47,512 nt of DNA from Candidatus Woesearchaeota archaeon (GTDB lineage: Archaea; Nanobdellota; Nanobdellia; Woesearchaeales; CG1-02-33-12), in the NCBI GenBank assembly GCA_017610275.1, contig JAFCCI010000001.1, positions 1 through 47,512 of the forward strand. Reading direction: 5' to 3'. Under the pieces are notes generated by a model, which was not told the origin of the DNA, did no database searches, and saw only the letters and a list, made by a program, of their open reading frames with translations. Every line of letters begins with the position of its first letter. Position 1 is the stretch's first letter. This document shows positions 1 to 7,825 of this stretch, one piece after another. The translations under genes and the position numbers were made by a program.

Positions 1-300
1 AATAAAGTCTATTTTTTCTTTTTTTAACAAATCAAGAATTCTTTTTCCATTTTCATCATTCCCTAAACTGCCAAGGTAAGCAACTTTGTGGCCCAACCTT
101 GCCAGAGAAACTGCCGTGTTTGTTCCGCCACCTCCAGTTGTAAACCTTAGCTCTTTAATCAAAATTTTAGAGCCAGATGGATAAGCAATTAAATCTTCCT
201 CTGAACTGAATGTTTTTATCTTTATAAGCTTAGACTTTGTGTTGGCAAAAACATCAACAGTTGCAGACCCTACTGTAATGATCTCATACATTCTACCCAT
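1..300 (-). CDS. PfkB/ribokinase-family carbohydrate kinase, N-terminal 100 codons (gene runs off the window start)
   Basis: Manual reverse translation from the ATG at 298-300 gives MGRMYEIITVGSATVDVF...RFTTGGGGTNTAVSLARLGHKVAYLGSLGNDENGKRILDLL. This is the N-terminal GG signature region typical of PfkB kinases. Not in the ORF track because it is truncated. Confidence 0.75.
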   Translation of the reverse strand, partial: MGRMYEIITVGSATVDVFANTKSKLIKIKTFSSEEDLIAYPSGSKILIKELRFTTGGGGTNTAVSLARLGHKVAYLGSLGNDENGKRILDLLKKEKIDFI

Positions 301-397
301 TAAATAAAACTTTATGTTTATATATCTTTCTGAGAAAAGTAAATTAAAGTTTAAAAATTATAAACAGAAAAATTAAAAAAAATAAAAAATAAATTAT

Positions 398-763
398 TTA
401 TTTAATCTGTGCAAGAGCATATATATCTTTCAGAGCAACTACAACTACTGCTGGCACGACAAATGCCATTATAGCATTAAATACTCCAGCTAGGTATTCC
501 CCAATATATAGTATAGTTGTTAATGTACCTGATGCTCCACCAACATATGCTACTAATACTAATGCTACTGCTATCAATACAAAATCTTTTGTGTCCTTTC
601 CTCCTATATTTACAAAACCAACTATCAATCCTAACACTATCAGGAGAGATATTAACCAAGGTTCTAATGTTCCTAAATAACTGCCTATCAATCCTAGAAT
701 CACTGCAAGAACAACACCTAGAACAAAAGACACTTCTCCTATTTTTTTCTCCATTGTTTGCAC
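398..763 (-). CDS. small multi-pass membrane protein, function unknown
   Basis: 121-aa ORF composed almost entirely of hydrophobic G/A/V/L/I-rich segments (3-4 predicted TM helices). ATG start. Confidence 0.6.
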   Translation of the reverse strand: MQTMEKKIGEVSFVLGVVLAVILGLIGSYLGTLEPWLISLLIVLGLIVGFVNIGGKDTKDFVLIAVALVLVAYVGGASGTLTTILYIGEYLAGVFNAIMAFVVPAVVVVALKDIYALAQIK

Positions 764-1267
764 CTCTTTATAGCTGATTATTCAGCTTTTTATGTATTTT
801 ATTTTAATTCTTTATAAAACCTTTGTAACTATTTTTTAGAACTCACTATTTTTTATAATTTTCTTTGCTGAGTTTAAAAAATAAAACCACTGCTTTTCTT
901 ATCAAAAATTTTCAATAAAAAATTTAATTTTGAATCAATAAATCAATTTAAAATTTTTCAAAAATATAAATTAATATTTTATTTTTTTCTGAAAAACAGC
1001 TTTTAAATTTTTTATCAAACATCTTTAAACAAATTTTTAAATTTTTCAACAGCGACGATAAAATAAATTTTTTATTTATGTTAATAATATTTTTGTCCAC
1101 TTTTTTATAACTTATTCTCAAAAAACTATTTTTTAACTTTAAAAAATGAGAATTTATCGTCGAGAAATATTTTTTTTAGAAAAAAAACGAAAACTATTTA
1201 AACAATAAAAACAAAAAATAAAATTAGTGTTGTTCAAACACACAAAAAACCCAGAGGTGAAAAAATA

Positions 1268-1459
1268 ATGGCAGCAAAGAAAAAGGCCAAGAAGAAAGTA
1301 GTAAAGAAAAAGGCCAAAAAAAAGACAGTCAAGAAAAAACCTAAGAAAAAGCCAGTAAAGAAAAAGGCTAAGAAAAAAGTAGTAAAGAAAAAGGCTAAGA
1401 AAAAAGTAGTCAAGAAAAAGGTCAAGAAGAAAGTAGTAAAGAAGAAAAAGAGAAGATAA
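1268..1459 (+). CDS. 63-aa lysine-rich basic protein (histone-H1-tail-like), six 9-aa repeats
   Basis: ORF MAAKKK(AKKKVVKKK)n...KKKKRR. GAGGTGA Shine-Dalgarno 7 nt upstream of the ATG and a CTATTTAAAC TATA-like box about 70 nt upstream. Lys codons mix AAG and AAA, which argues for a coding sequence over a simple A-tract. Confidence 0.6.
   Translation: MAAKKKAKKKVVKKKAKKKTVKKKPKKKPVKKKAKKKVVKKKAKKKVVKKKVKKKVVKKKKRR
1286..1447 (+). repeat. 27-nt (9-codon) tandem repeat x6 inside the lysine-rich gene
   Basis: Peptide units: AKKKVVKKK / AKKKTVKKK / PKKKPVKKK / AKKKVVKKK / AKKKVVKKK / VKKKVVKKK. Confidence 0.8.
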
Positions 1460-1554
1460 AATTATTCTTTTACCTGCCTAATCTTTTTCTAGGCAGTTTT
1501 TATTTTTTTGATTTTTTATAAAACTTTAAATATTTCCTGTTTCTTCTTTATTAA

Positions 1555-2187
1555 ATGCAGAATAAAATCCTAAAAATTATTAAATTGCTTGAAAAAGATT
1601 ATTCTATAAATTTTTACTCTGGAAAAAATCCATTTAATGTTTTAATTTCTACAATATTAAGCCAGAGGACAAGGGATGAGAATACACTAATTGCATCAAA
1701 AAAACTTTTTTTAAAGTTTGATACGGCCAAAAAGCTTGCGAATGCAAATATTTTTGAAGTCAAGAAATTGATAAAACAATCAGGCTTTTACAATGTCAAG
1801 GCTAAGAGAATAAAAGAGGTTAGTGAAATTTTACTAGAAAAATATAATGGTAAGGTTCCTCATGAATTAGATAAACTTTTGGAGCTTCCTGGTGTTGGAA
1901 GAAAAACAGCCAACTGTGTTTTGGTTTATGGATTTAATATTCCAGCAATACCAGCTGACACTCATGTTCATAGAATATCAAATAGGCTTGGAATTGTAAA
2001 AACCAAAATCCCTGAACAGACAGAGCATGAGCTAATGAAAAAAATTCCAAAAAAATACTGGATTAATATTAATGAGCTATTTGTAAAGCATGGGCAGACA
2101 ATCTGCAATCCTATCAAACCAAAATGTAATAAATGCTCAATAAGAAAATTGTGCGATTATAGAAGCAATTTACCAAAAGATTTTTAA
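1555..2187 (+). CDS. nth: endonuclease III (HhH-GPD DNA glycosylase/AP lyase with 4Fe-4S cluster)
   Basis: 210 aa. HhH-GPD motif LPGVGRKTANCVL, catalytic-region DTHVHR, and C-terminal Cys cluster CNPIKPKCNKCSIRKLC. Confidence 0.9.
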   Translation: MQNKILKIIKLLEKDYSINFYSGKNPFNVLISTILSQRTRDENTLIASKKLFLKFDTAKKLANANIFEVKKLIKQSGFYNVKAKRIKEVSEILLEKYNGKVPHELDKLLELPGVGRKTANCVLVYGFNIPAIPADTHVHRISNRLGIVKTKIPEQTEHELMKKIPKKYWININELFVKHGQTICNPIKPKCNKCSIRKLCDYRSNLPKDF

Positions 2188-2233
2188 ATACAGAAAAATA
2201 AGACTATAGAAATAATATTTTTTGAGGTGAAAA

Positions 2234-2671
2234 ATGGAAATAAAACATATTTTAGCAGTATTGGTTGTGGTTATGCTTAGTGGATGTGCTGCAGAAGTTC
2301 AAGAACAACCAGATGAAACTGTTACTCCGGATGTAACACCACCAGTAGTAGAACAGCCACCAGTAGTAGAACAGCCACCAGTAGTAGAACAGCCACCAGA
2401 AGCTCCAGTTGAAGAAGAAACAGTTAGCGGAGCAGCAGATGTCCAGATTCTTAGAGGAGGATTTGATCCTGAAGAATTACCTGTAAGTGTTGGTTCAGTT
2501 GTTACATGGAAAAACATGGATGAAGGAACACATATAGTTAATATAATAGGGAAGGAGACAAGCCCAACATTAAAAGCTGGAGATATCTTTGAATATAAAT
2601 TTGAAGAAGCAGGAACATACACTGTTATGGACTCAGTAATGAAGTTTAAGGGAACAGTTACTGTAGAATAA
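2234..2671 (+). CDS. secreted/lipoprotein with C-terminal cupredoxin-like (plastocyanin-fold) domain
   Basis: Signal peptide with lipobox-like LSGC, a Pro-rich PPVVEQ linker, and C-terminal GTYTVMDSVMKFKGTVTVE resembling cupredoxin/EfeO-type domains. GAGGTGA SD. Confidence 0.65.
   Translation: MEIKHILAVLVVVMLSGCAAEVQEQPDETVTPDVTPPVVEQPPVVEQPPVVEQPPEAPVEEETVSGAADVQILRGGFDPEELPVSVGSVVTWKNMDEGTHIVNIIGKETSPTLKAGDIFEYKFEEAGTYTVMDSVMKFKGTVTVE
2339..2392 (+). repeat. perfect 18-nt tandem repeat x3 (ccaccagtagtagaacag, encodes PPVVEQ)
   Basis: Read directly in the sequence. A fourth partial unit follows at 2393-2400. Confidence 0.9.
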
Positions 2672-2701
2672 ATTTTTTATTTTTTTTAACTTTTTTATAA
2701 T

Positions 2702-3976
2702 TTAAATAAATTCATTTAATCCTTTTTGTTTGTGATTTCTAACTGGTTTATTTTTACTAACTTTCTTTTTTGCATTTTCATCTGAGAATATTGGATAACC
2801 ATACTCGCCGTCAAAGCCTGGCTGGATCTTTATTTTTCCATTGCGGATATTAATTATTGCCTCTGCAATCTTTTCATCACTCACTTTCTTTAGTTCATCA
2901 AAAGATAAGTTAAGCAATACATCCATCTCTGACCTTGATTCATTAACTAAACCGTAGTATGCTTTCCATGTTTTTTGTGTTGCAATCCCTGAATTCAGCA
3001 GCTTTGATAATATTTCAGATAATGGAATTAATCTTTTGAATGGAACAGCATCTTTTGGCTTGAAGCCAACTGGACGGTCTGCAAGTTCCTCAACCCTGTG
3101 CAAAACCCCTATAGTTAATTTTCTTCCGCATACAGGGCATAAATCCTTGTGTTTTAATGATTCATTTGGGCTCATGCATACATTGCAATTTCTATGACCA
3201 TCAAAGTGATATTTTCCATAGCTTGGGTCAACTTCTATTGTTTCAACTAAGCCCTGTTTTGTTCTTATTGCATTTAATAGTAAATCATAATTTAGTTCTT
3301 TTAAGTCAAATATATTGCACTCGCGGCCTATGCGCCAAGGCCAGAATGAATGCAAATCAGAGTTGCTTACTAATGTATATTTATCCAATGAGCTTAAACG
3401 CCAGTTCATTGCAGGGTCTGAGCTCAATCCTGTTTCCAAGGCATGAATATGTTTTGTCTGGTCTTTAAAACATTCTTGTACACTGTCAAAGCCTGATTTT
3501 GAGCCAAACAATCCAAACCATGGAGTCCATATATGTGCTGGAATTATTTCTATATCCTTATCAATCTTTTTCATCATCTCAACAAAATCAGGGCATTTTA
3601 TTCCAAAGATTGGCCTGCCGTCATAATCAACACGGCCAAATTTCTTTAATTGCTCTGTTATCTGCTCAACAACATCAAAATTCTTTGCCAAAATAATATT
3701 ATGAATTTTCCTTGACTTTTCATCCTGTTTGTACATCAATGAAATTTCAGTTTGAAGAACAAAATTAAATCCAGATTTTGTTTTTAAAATTCCAGTTCCA
3801 TCTTCTGTAAGCTCTGATTTAAGCTCTTTAATCCATGTTGGATGAGTAAAATCACCTGTTCCAAGAAGACTGAGGCCCTTCAATCTTGCATACTTTTCAA
3901 GATTCTGAATATTTAATTGTTTAGAAGTGGCCCTACTATATTTAGAATGGATGTGAAAATCTGCAATTATTCTCAT
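2702..3976 (-). CDS. endonuclease Q-like PHP-domain nuclease with zinc ribbon
   Basis: 424 aa. N-terminal PHP motif ADFHIHSKYSRATS, then GLSSD, SNSDLHS, DPSYGKYHFDGHRNC, CPVCGRKLTIGVLHRVEELA and C-terminal PGFDGEYG. This matches the motif order I recall for archaeal/Bacillus EndoQ. Confidence 0.75.
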   Translation of the reverse strand: MRIIADFHIHSKYSRATSKQLNIQNLEKYARLKGLSLLGTGDFTHPTWIKELKSELTEDGTGILKTKSGFNFVLQTEISLMYKQDEKSRKIHNIILAKNFDVVEQITEQLKKFGRVDYDGRPIFGIKCPDFVEMMKKIDKDIEIIPAHIWTPWFGLFGSKSGFDSVQECFKDQTKHIHALETGLSSDPAMNWRLSSLDKYTLVSNSDLHSFWPWRIGRECNIFDLKELNYDLLLNAIRTKQGLVETIEVDPSYGKYHFDGHRNCNVCMSPNESLKHKDLCPVCGRKLTIGVLHRVEELADRPVGFKPKDAVPFKRLIPLSEILSKLLNSGIATQKTWKAYYGLVNESRSEMDVLLNLSFDELKKVSDEKIAEAIINIRNGKIKIQPGFDGEYGYPIFSDENAKKKVSKNKPVRNHKQKGLNEFI

Positions 3977-4016
3977 AATTTTCTAAAGAACTTTTCTATA
4001 TAAAAAATTTGCTATA

Positions 4017-4415
4017 TCAAGCAGAAAAATACTCAATGATTTTTTTCTTGATTTCATCAGGATATAATAATAATTTCTGCAAATCATCTTTATGTACCCA
4101 TTCCAGATGATATTGATTATTATCATTTATTCTTTGCAGTTCGGGGCCGCCCAATTTCAGTTCTCCAGAGAATTTTTTTGCAAGAAAATAAGTTCCATTA
4201 TGCCAGGAATCATTAACCCTGCAGAAAACCTCGCTTAGTTCAACATCAAAATTAGTTTCTTCTTTTATTTCCCTTACTGCTGTTTCCTCTGGTTTTTCCT
4301 CTTCTTCCATTGTACCTCCTGGAATTACATAATACTCTTTTCCTTTTTTTATTCTGCGAAGAAGCAATATTTTATTTTCATCAATAATTATTACAGCAGC
4401 TCTATTGTAAACCAT
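4017..4415 (-). CDS. NUDIX hydrolase
   Basis: 132 aa. Nudix box GGTMEEEEKPEETAVREIKEETNF. Confidence 0.85.
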   Translation of the reverse strand: MVYNRAAVIIIDENKILLLRRIKKGKEYYVIPGGTMEEEEKPEETAVREIKEETNFDVELSEVFCRVNDSWHNGTYFLAKKFSGELKLGGPELQRINDNNQYHLEWVHKDDLQKLLLYPDEIKKKIIEYFSA

Positions 4416-4484
4416 AAGAGAAATATTCTTTATATTAGTTAATAAATTTATCTAATTTTTTGTTAATAAAGATTATTTTTTAAA

Positions 4485-4997
4485 CTAAAGAGAAATAATC
4501 TCAGCATTGTTTGTTTTTGTATCATAGATTGCCACTGTTATTTCATCTGAAAGCTCTGTTACGCATACACCGCTTATAGAGCCTGGGTTTACATGAATAG
4601 TTTTTCCTTTCTTTTCAATTGATGCCCAGTGATTATGCCCTGAAAAAACAGCATCATACTTCTGTGATTCAATCAGGCCGTTAAGAAGTATTTCAGACTG
4701 GCCGTGATAAGCCGCAATCTTTCTTCCATCTATCTCTTTTTCAAAGCAGACATTATGAAATTCAATCCCCATCTCTTTTACTTTTTCCCATGTTAAAAAA
4801 TTGAATTTGTCTCCTTCATTATTGCCAAATACAGAAATAACCTTGCATTTAAGGCCCTTTGTAAATGGGGGCATAAAAGGAGAAACCCAGTCGCCGCAGT
4901 GGATTACAAGGCCTACATTTTTTTTATTAAACAATTCAACAGCTTTCAAGAGGTTTCTTGCATTATCATGAGTGTCAGAAATTATTCCGATTAACAT
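4485..4997 (-). CDS. MJ0936/YfcE-family metallophosphoesterase (phosphodiesterase)
   Basis: 170 aa. Motifs ISDTHDN, HCGD, GNNEGD, GHNH. Confidence 0.85.
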   Translation of the reverse strand: MLIGIISDTHDNARNLLKAVELFNKKNVGLVIHCGDWVSPFMPPFTKGLKCKVISVFGNNEGDKFNFLTWEKVKEMGIEFHNVCFEKEIDGRKIAAYHGQSEILLNGLIESQKYDAVFSGHNHWASIEKKGKTIHVNPGSISGVCVTELSDEITVAIYDTKTNNAEIISL

Positions 4998-5032
4998 ACA
5001 TCTTAAATTGAGAACTTAGTTTAAATAATTTA

Positions 5033-6844
5033 CTATTTGTAAATCTCATTAATCATTTCAATATACATTGCAGCAGACCAGGCCTGGGCAAGGCATCCCT
5101 CTGACTTTAAGTCATAAGAACTTGACAGCTCAGCATGATGGCCTATCATTCCCTGCCATAATATCTCTTTTGTGCTTGCTTCCAGTATTTTATTAATATA
5201 TTTTTTGTATCTTTTTTTATCTAACCTATGCAAAACAATTGCAGCAAGATTATTTATCCAGAACCAGCTGTCGCCATTATGATAGCTTTTATTATTCTCT
5301 CCTGTGTGCCTTGACCTAAACAATGAGTCTTTCTTATCTATTGTTGCAATTCCGCCCCAGTTGTTCCATAAGCACTTTAATGCATTGTTAAAGCATGTAA
5401 CCCATTCTGTCTGTGCCAAAAGTTTAGGATACATATAATATGCAATAAATATATTTGGCCGTATAGTAAAATCATCTACTCCGTCTGCAAGCCATTTCTT
5501 GTTCCAGAATTTATCTATTACCTCTTTTTTCAGTTTTTTCTCAAATTTTTGGTATATCTTATTATTATTAAGTTTATACATCAATTTATATGTGCTCAAC
5601 TGCATTGCCTGAATCTCTATCCTGAAACCGTCTCTTGATAAGCTGTCCATCCATGTCTCTTTTGCATTATTAAAAATAAGGTCTTCTTTTGCATGATATT
5701 TCATCATAAAATCAAGAGAATATTCAATTCTTTCTTCTTTATTTTTAACCTCATCTTTTGTTAAATAATTTCCCAGAATTTTTTTATTTTCTAAAATATA
5801 CATCAGGTCTTCTGCTCTTTTTGATATCCAGCCAGCAGAGTCGGCACTCCTCAATTTGAGATAATCTGATTTTATTGGAAGCTTTCCATCATATAAAATA
5901 GTTTTTAAATGCCTGGATAAGACATTTTTTGTTAAATTAAAATTTCCCTGCAACATTAAGGCCTTTAGTGAAACAGCCTCATCTCTTGTCCAGAACTGGA
6001 AGAACCAAGGCAGGCCTGCAAAAATGCCTTTATCATTAAAAGTCAATGAATCAAGAGAGTTTACTGCACAGCAATATGCCATTGAAACATCATCTTTCAA
6101 ATCTTTTCTTAAGTCTAGTGAGTTATTATAATATTCTTTCTGCTTTTTTCTCAGTATTTCAGTATTTTCAAACACATAATCTGCTTCTTTCTTTGCATTT
6201 TCCTTGTTCTTTGAAAAACTGAAAACAACCTTATTTGTCTTTAGTGAAATTGCATGAAAAACATATCTTCCATATGGCGTTGAATTCCTTTTTTTATCAA
6301 ACTCATAGGATACTTTTTTCCATTCTTCAATCTTCTTGAACATACCCTCAAACTTAAGTACCAGGAATAATGAATATTCTTCAATGCCATCAGAGTTGTC
6401 TTCCCTGGAATCTGTTTTTTTAACAAATTTAATTATTATTTTATCATCTTCCTGCAAAATAGTATAAAACCTGCCCCACTGCCTTTGGTCGTAGCTTTCT
6501 TTTGCATCAAGTATCACTTCAAAAACAGATTTATTGCTTAACTCATAAACTAATGAATTATGGTGATGAGGCATAAAAAATGTTTCAGTTAAATCACCAT
6601 TGCTTTTTTCAATATCATAAAATTTATTGACTATTTTGCTTGTTTTTTGGGAATCAACTACACGCAGACTTTCAATAATCTTATACATATTTTTATCAAA
6701 GAAGAAAAGCCCATCATACCTGCTTTTATTTTCATTGGCAACACAGAAGTAACTTCCTTTTTTATTTGTAATAAGAAACCTTACATCTCTATTTAAGTTC
6801 TCTTTCATATCCTTATTATTTAATGAATGAATTATACTTACCAT
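5033..6844 (-). CDS. glycogen debranching enzyme / amylo-alpha-1,6-glucosidase family (GDE C-terminal (alpha/alpha)6 type)
   Basis: 603 aa. Motifs FAGLPWFFQFWTRDEAVSL, ETWMDS, YHNGDSWFWINN and CLAQAWSAAM, typical of archaeal/bacterial GDE_C proteins. Confidence 0.8.
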   Translation of the reverse strand: MVSIIHSLNNKDMKENLNRDVRFLITNKKGSYFCVANENKSRYDGLFFFDKNMYKIIESLRVVDSQKTSKIVNKFYDIEKSNGDLTETFFMPHHHNSLVYELSNKSVFEVILDAKESYDQRQWGRFYTILQEDDKIIIKFVKKTDSREDNSDGIEEYSLFLVLKFEGMFKKIEEWKKVSYEFDKKRNSTPYGRYVFHAISLKTNKVVFSFSKNKENAKKEADYVFENTEILRKKQKEYYNNSLDLRKDLKDDVSMAYCCAVNSLDSLTFNDKGIFAGLPWFFQFWTRDEAVSLKALMLQGNFNLTKNVLSRHLKTILYDGKLPIKSDYLKLRSADSAGWISKRAEDLMYILENKKILGNYLTKDEVKNKEERIEYSLDFMMKYHAKEDLIFNNAKETWMDSLSRDGFRIEIQAMQLSTYKLMYKLNNNKIYQKFEKKLKKEVIDKFWNKKWLADGVDDFTIRPNIFIAYYMYPKLLAQTEWVTCFNNALKCLWNNWGGIATIDKKDSLFRSRHTGENNKSYHNGDSWFWINNLAAIVLHRLDKKRYKKYINKILEASTKEILWQGMIGHHAELSSSYDLKSEGCLAQAWSAAMYIEMINEIYK

Positions 6845-6885
6845 TTTTAAGCAAAATAAAACTTAATATATGCCTCTTATTTTTA

Positions 6886-7824
6886 TTATTTCCCCCTGTA
6901 AAATTTTGCAGCATCCTCTGGACTTACAGAGTTTATTGTTGCATTTGTTGCAAGCTCAAAACCAGCCCATGTAGCAAGCCTTGGGCAAATCTCAATATGA
7001 AAATGCAGGTCTTTTCCTTCAGGAGCATAATGTAGGAAAAAATTATATGAAATGTTTATTTCCTTTAGCTTCACTAAAATCTTCTTAAGCATCGAGGCTA
7101 AATCATTTAGTTTAGTTTCATTCATTTTTGTTATATTTTTTATATGCTCTTTTGGAAATATCCAAACTTCATAGTTGAATCTTGATGCATATGGAGTAAA
7201 GCTTACAAAATTATCATTTTCAAAAACCCTTCTATCACTATTTTTTTCAATATTTAATATTTCACAGTATGGGCAGCCACCATAACCTCTTGATGCATTG
7301 ACCTCTTCTTCAACAAGAACTGGAATCTTGTTATATGTCATAACCTGTGTGTGCGAATGAATTAGTGATGTTCCTGCTTCCATGCCCTCATTCTTAAAAA
7401 TAATGACATATTTTGTGCCATCTGTTTTGCTTAATTCACTTATCCTATTAGCATACACCTTTAAAATTTCTTTTATATGCTCTTCTGATAAGTCAGCCAT
7501 CTGCTTATCATGGTCAGGTGTTTCAACTATGACCTCATGTATGCCAAATGCATCAGCATATGTGAAATATTTATTTGCGCTTCTTATTGCAGGAATTCCC
7601 TCATGGCTTACAGCAGGGAATTTGTTTGGAAACCATCTTATAATCCACTTGCCATGTTTTTCAATCCTTCCAGTCTCTTTTGGAGTAAGATTTTCATTGC
7701 CTGGGCAGAAATAGCAAATTCCCTCTTTTTTTGCCTTGATTTTTTTAAATTCTTTGGGTCTTTTCTTTCTATTAGAAGCTATAATAACCCACCTATCTAG
7801 TATATAATCTTTTCTAAGTTCCAT
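6886..7824 (-). CDS. GalT-family (HIT branch III) hexose-1-phosphate nucleotidyltransferase / NDP-glucose phosphorylase
   Basis: Zn-site CYFCPGNE and active-site HSHTQV (HxHxQ). The ATG at 7824 lies 1 nt after the upstream stop, so I prefer it to the TTG at 7833 used by the ORF track. Confidence 0.8.
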   Translation of the reverse strand: MELRKDYILDRWVIIASNRKKRPKEFKKIKAKKEGICYFCPGNENLTPKETGRIEKHGKWIIRWFPNKFPAVSHEGIPAIRSANKYFTYADAFGIHEVIVETPDHDKQMADLSEEHIKEILKVYANRISELSKTDGTKYVIIFKNEGMEAGTSLIHSHTQVMTYNKIPVLVEEEVNASRGYGGCPYCEILNIEKNSDRRVFENDNFVSFTPYASRFNYEVWIFPKEHIKNITKMNETKLNDLASMLKKILVKLKEINISYNFFLHYAPEGKDLHFHIEICPRLATWAGFELATNATINSVSPEDAAKFYRGK

Positions 7825-7825
7825 T

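Noticed and set aside
764-1267. ~500-bp AT-rich spacer with an inverted repeat, considered as a replication origin
   Set aside because: There is no adjacent orc1/cdc6 gene and no recognisable ORB or mini-ORB repeats. Extreme AT content is normal for intergenic DNA here. I kept only the CGACGATAAA inverted repeat as a possible regulatory motif.
1234-1425. 63-aa F/L-rich ORF antisense to the lysine-rich gene
   Set aside because: It is the mirror image of the AAG/AAA repeat (TTT/CTT codons). It has no SD, and the sense ORF has a proper SD and promoter, so I treat it as a shadow ORF.
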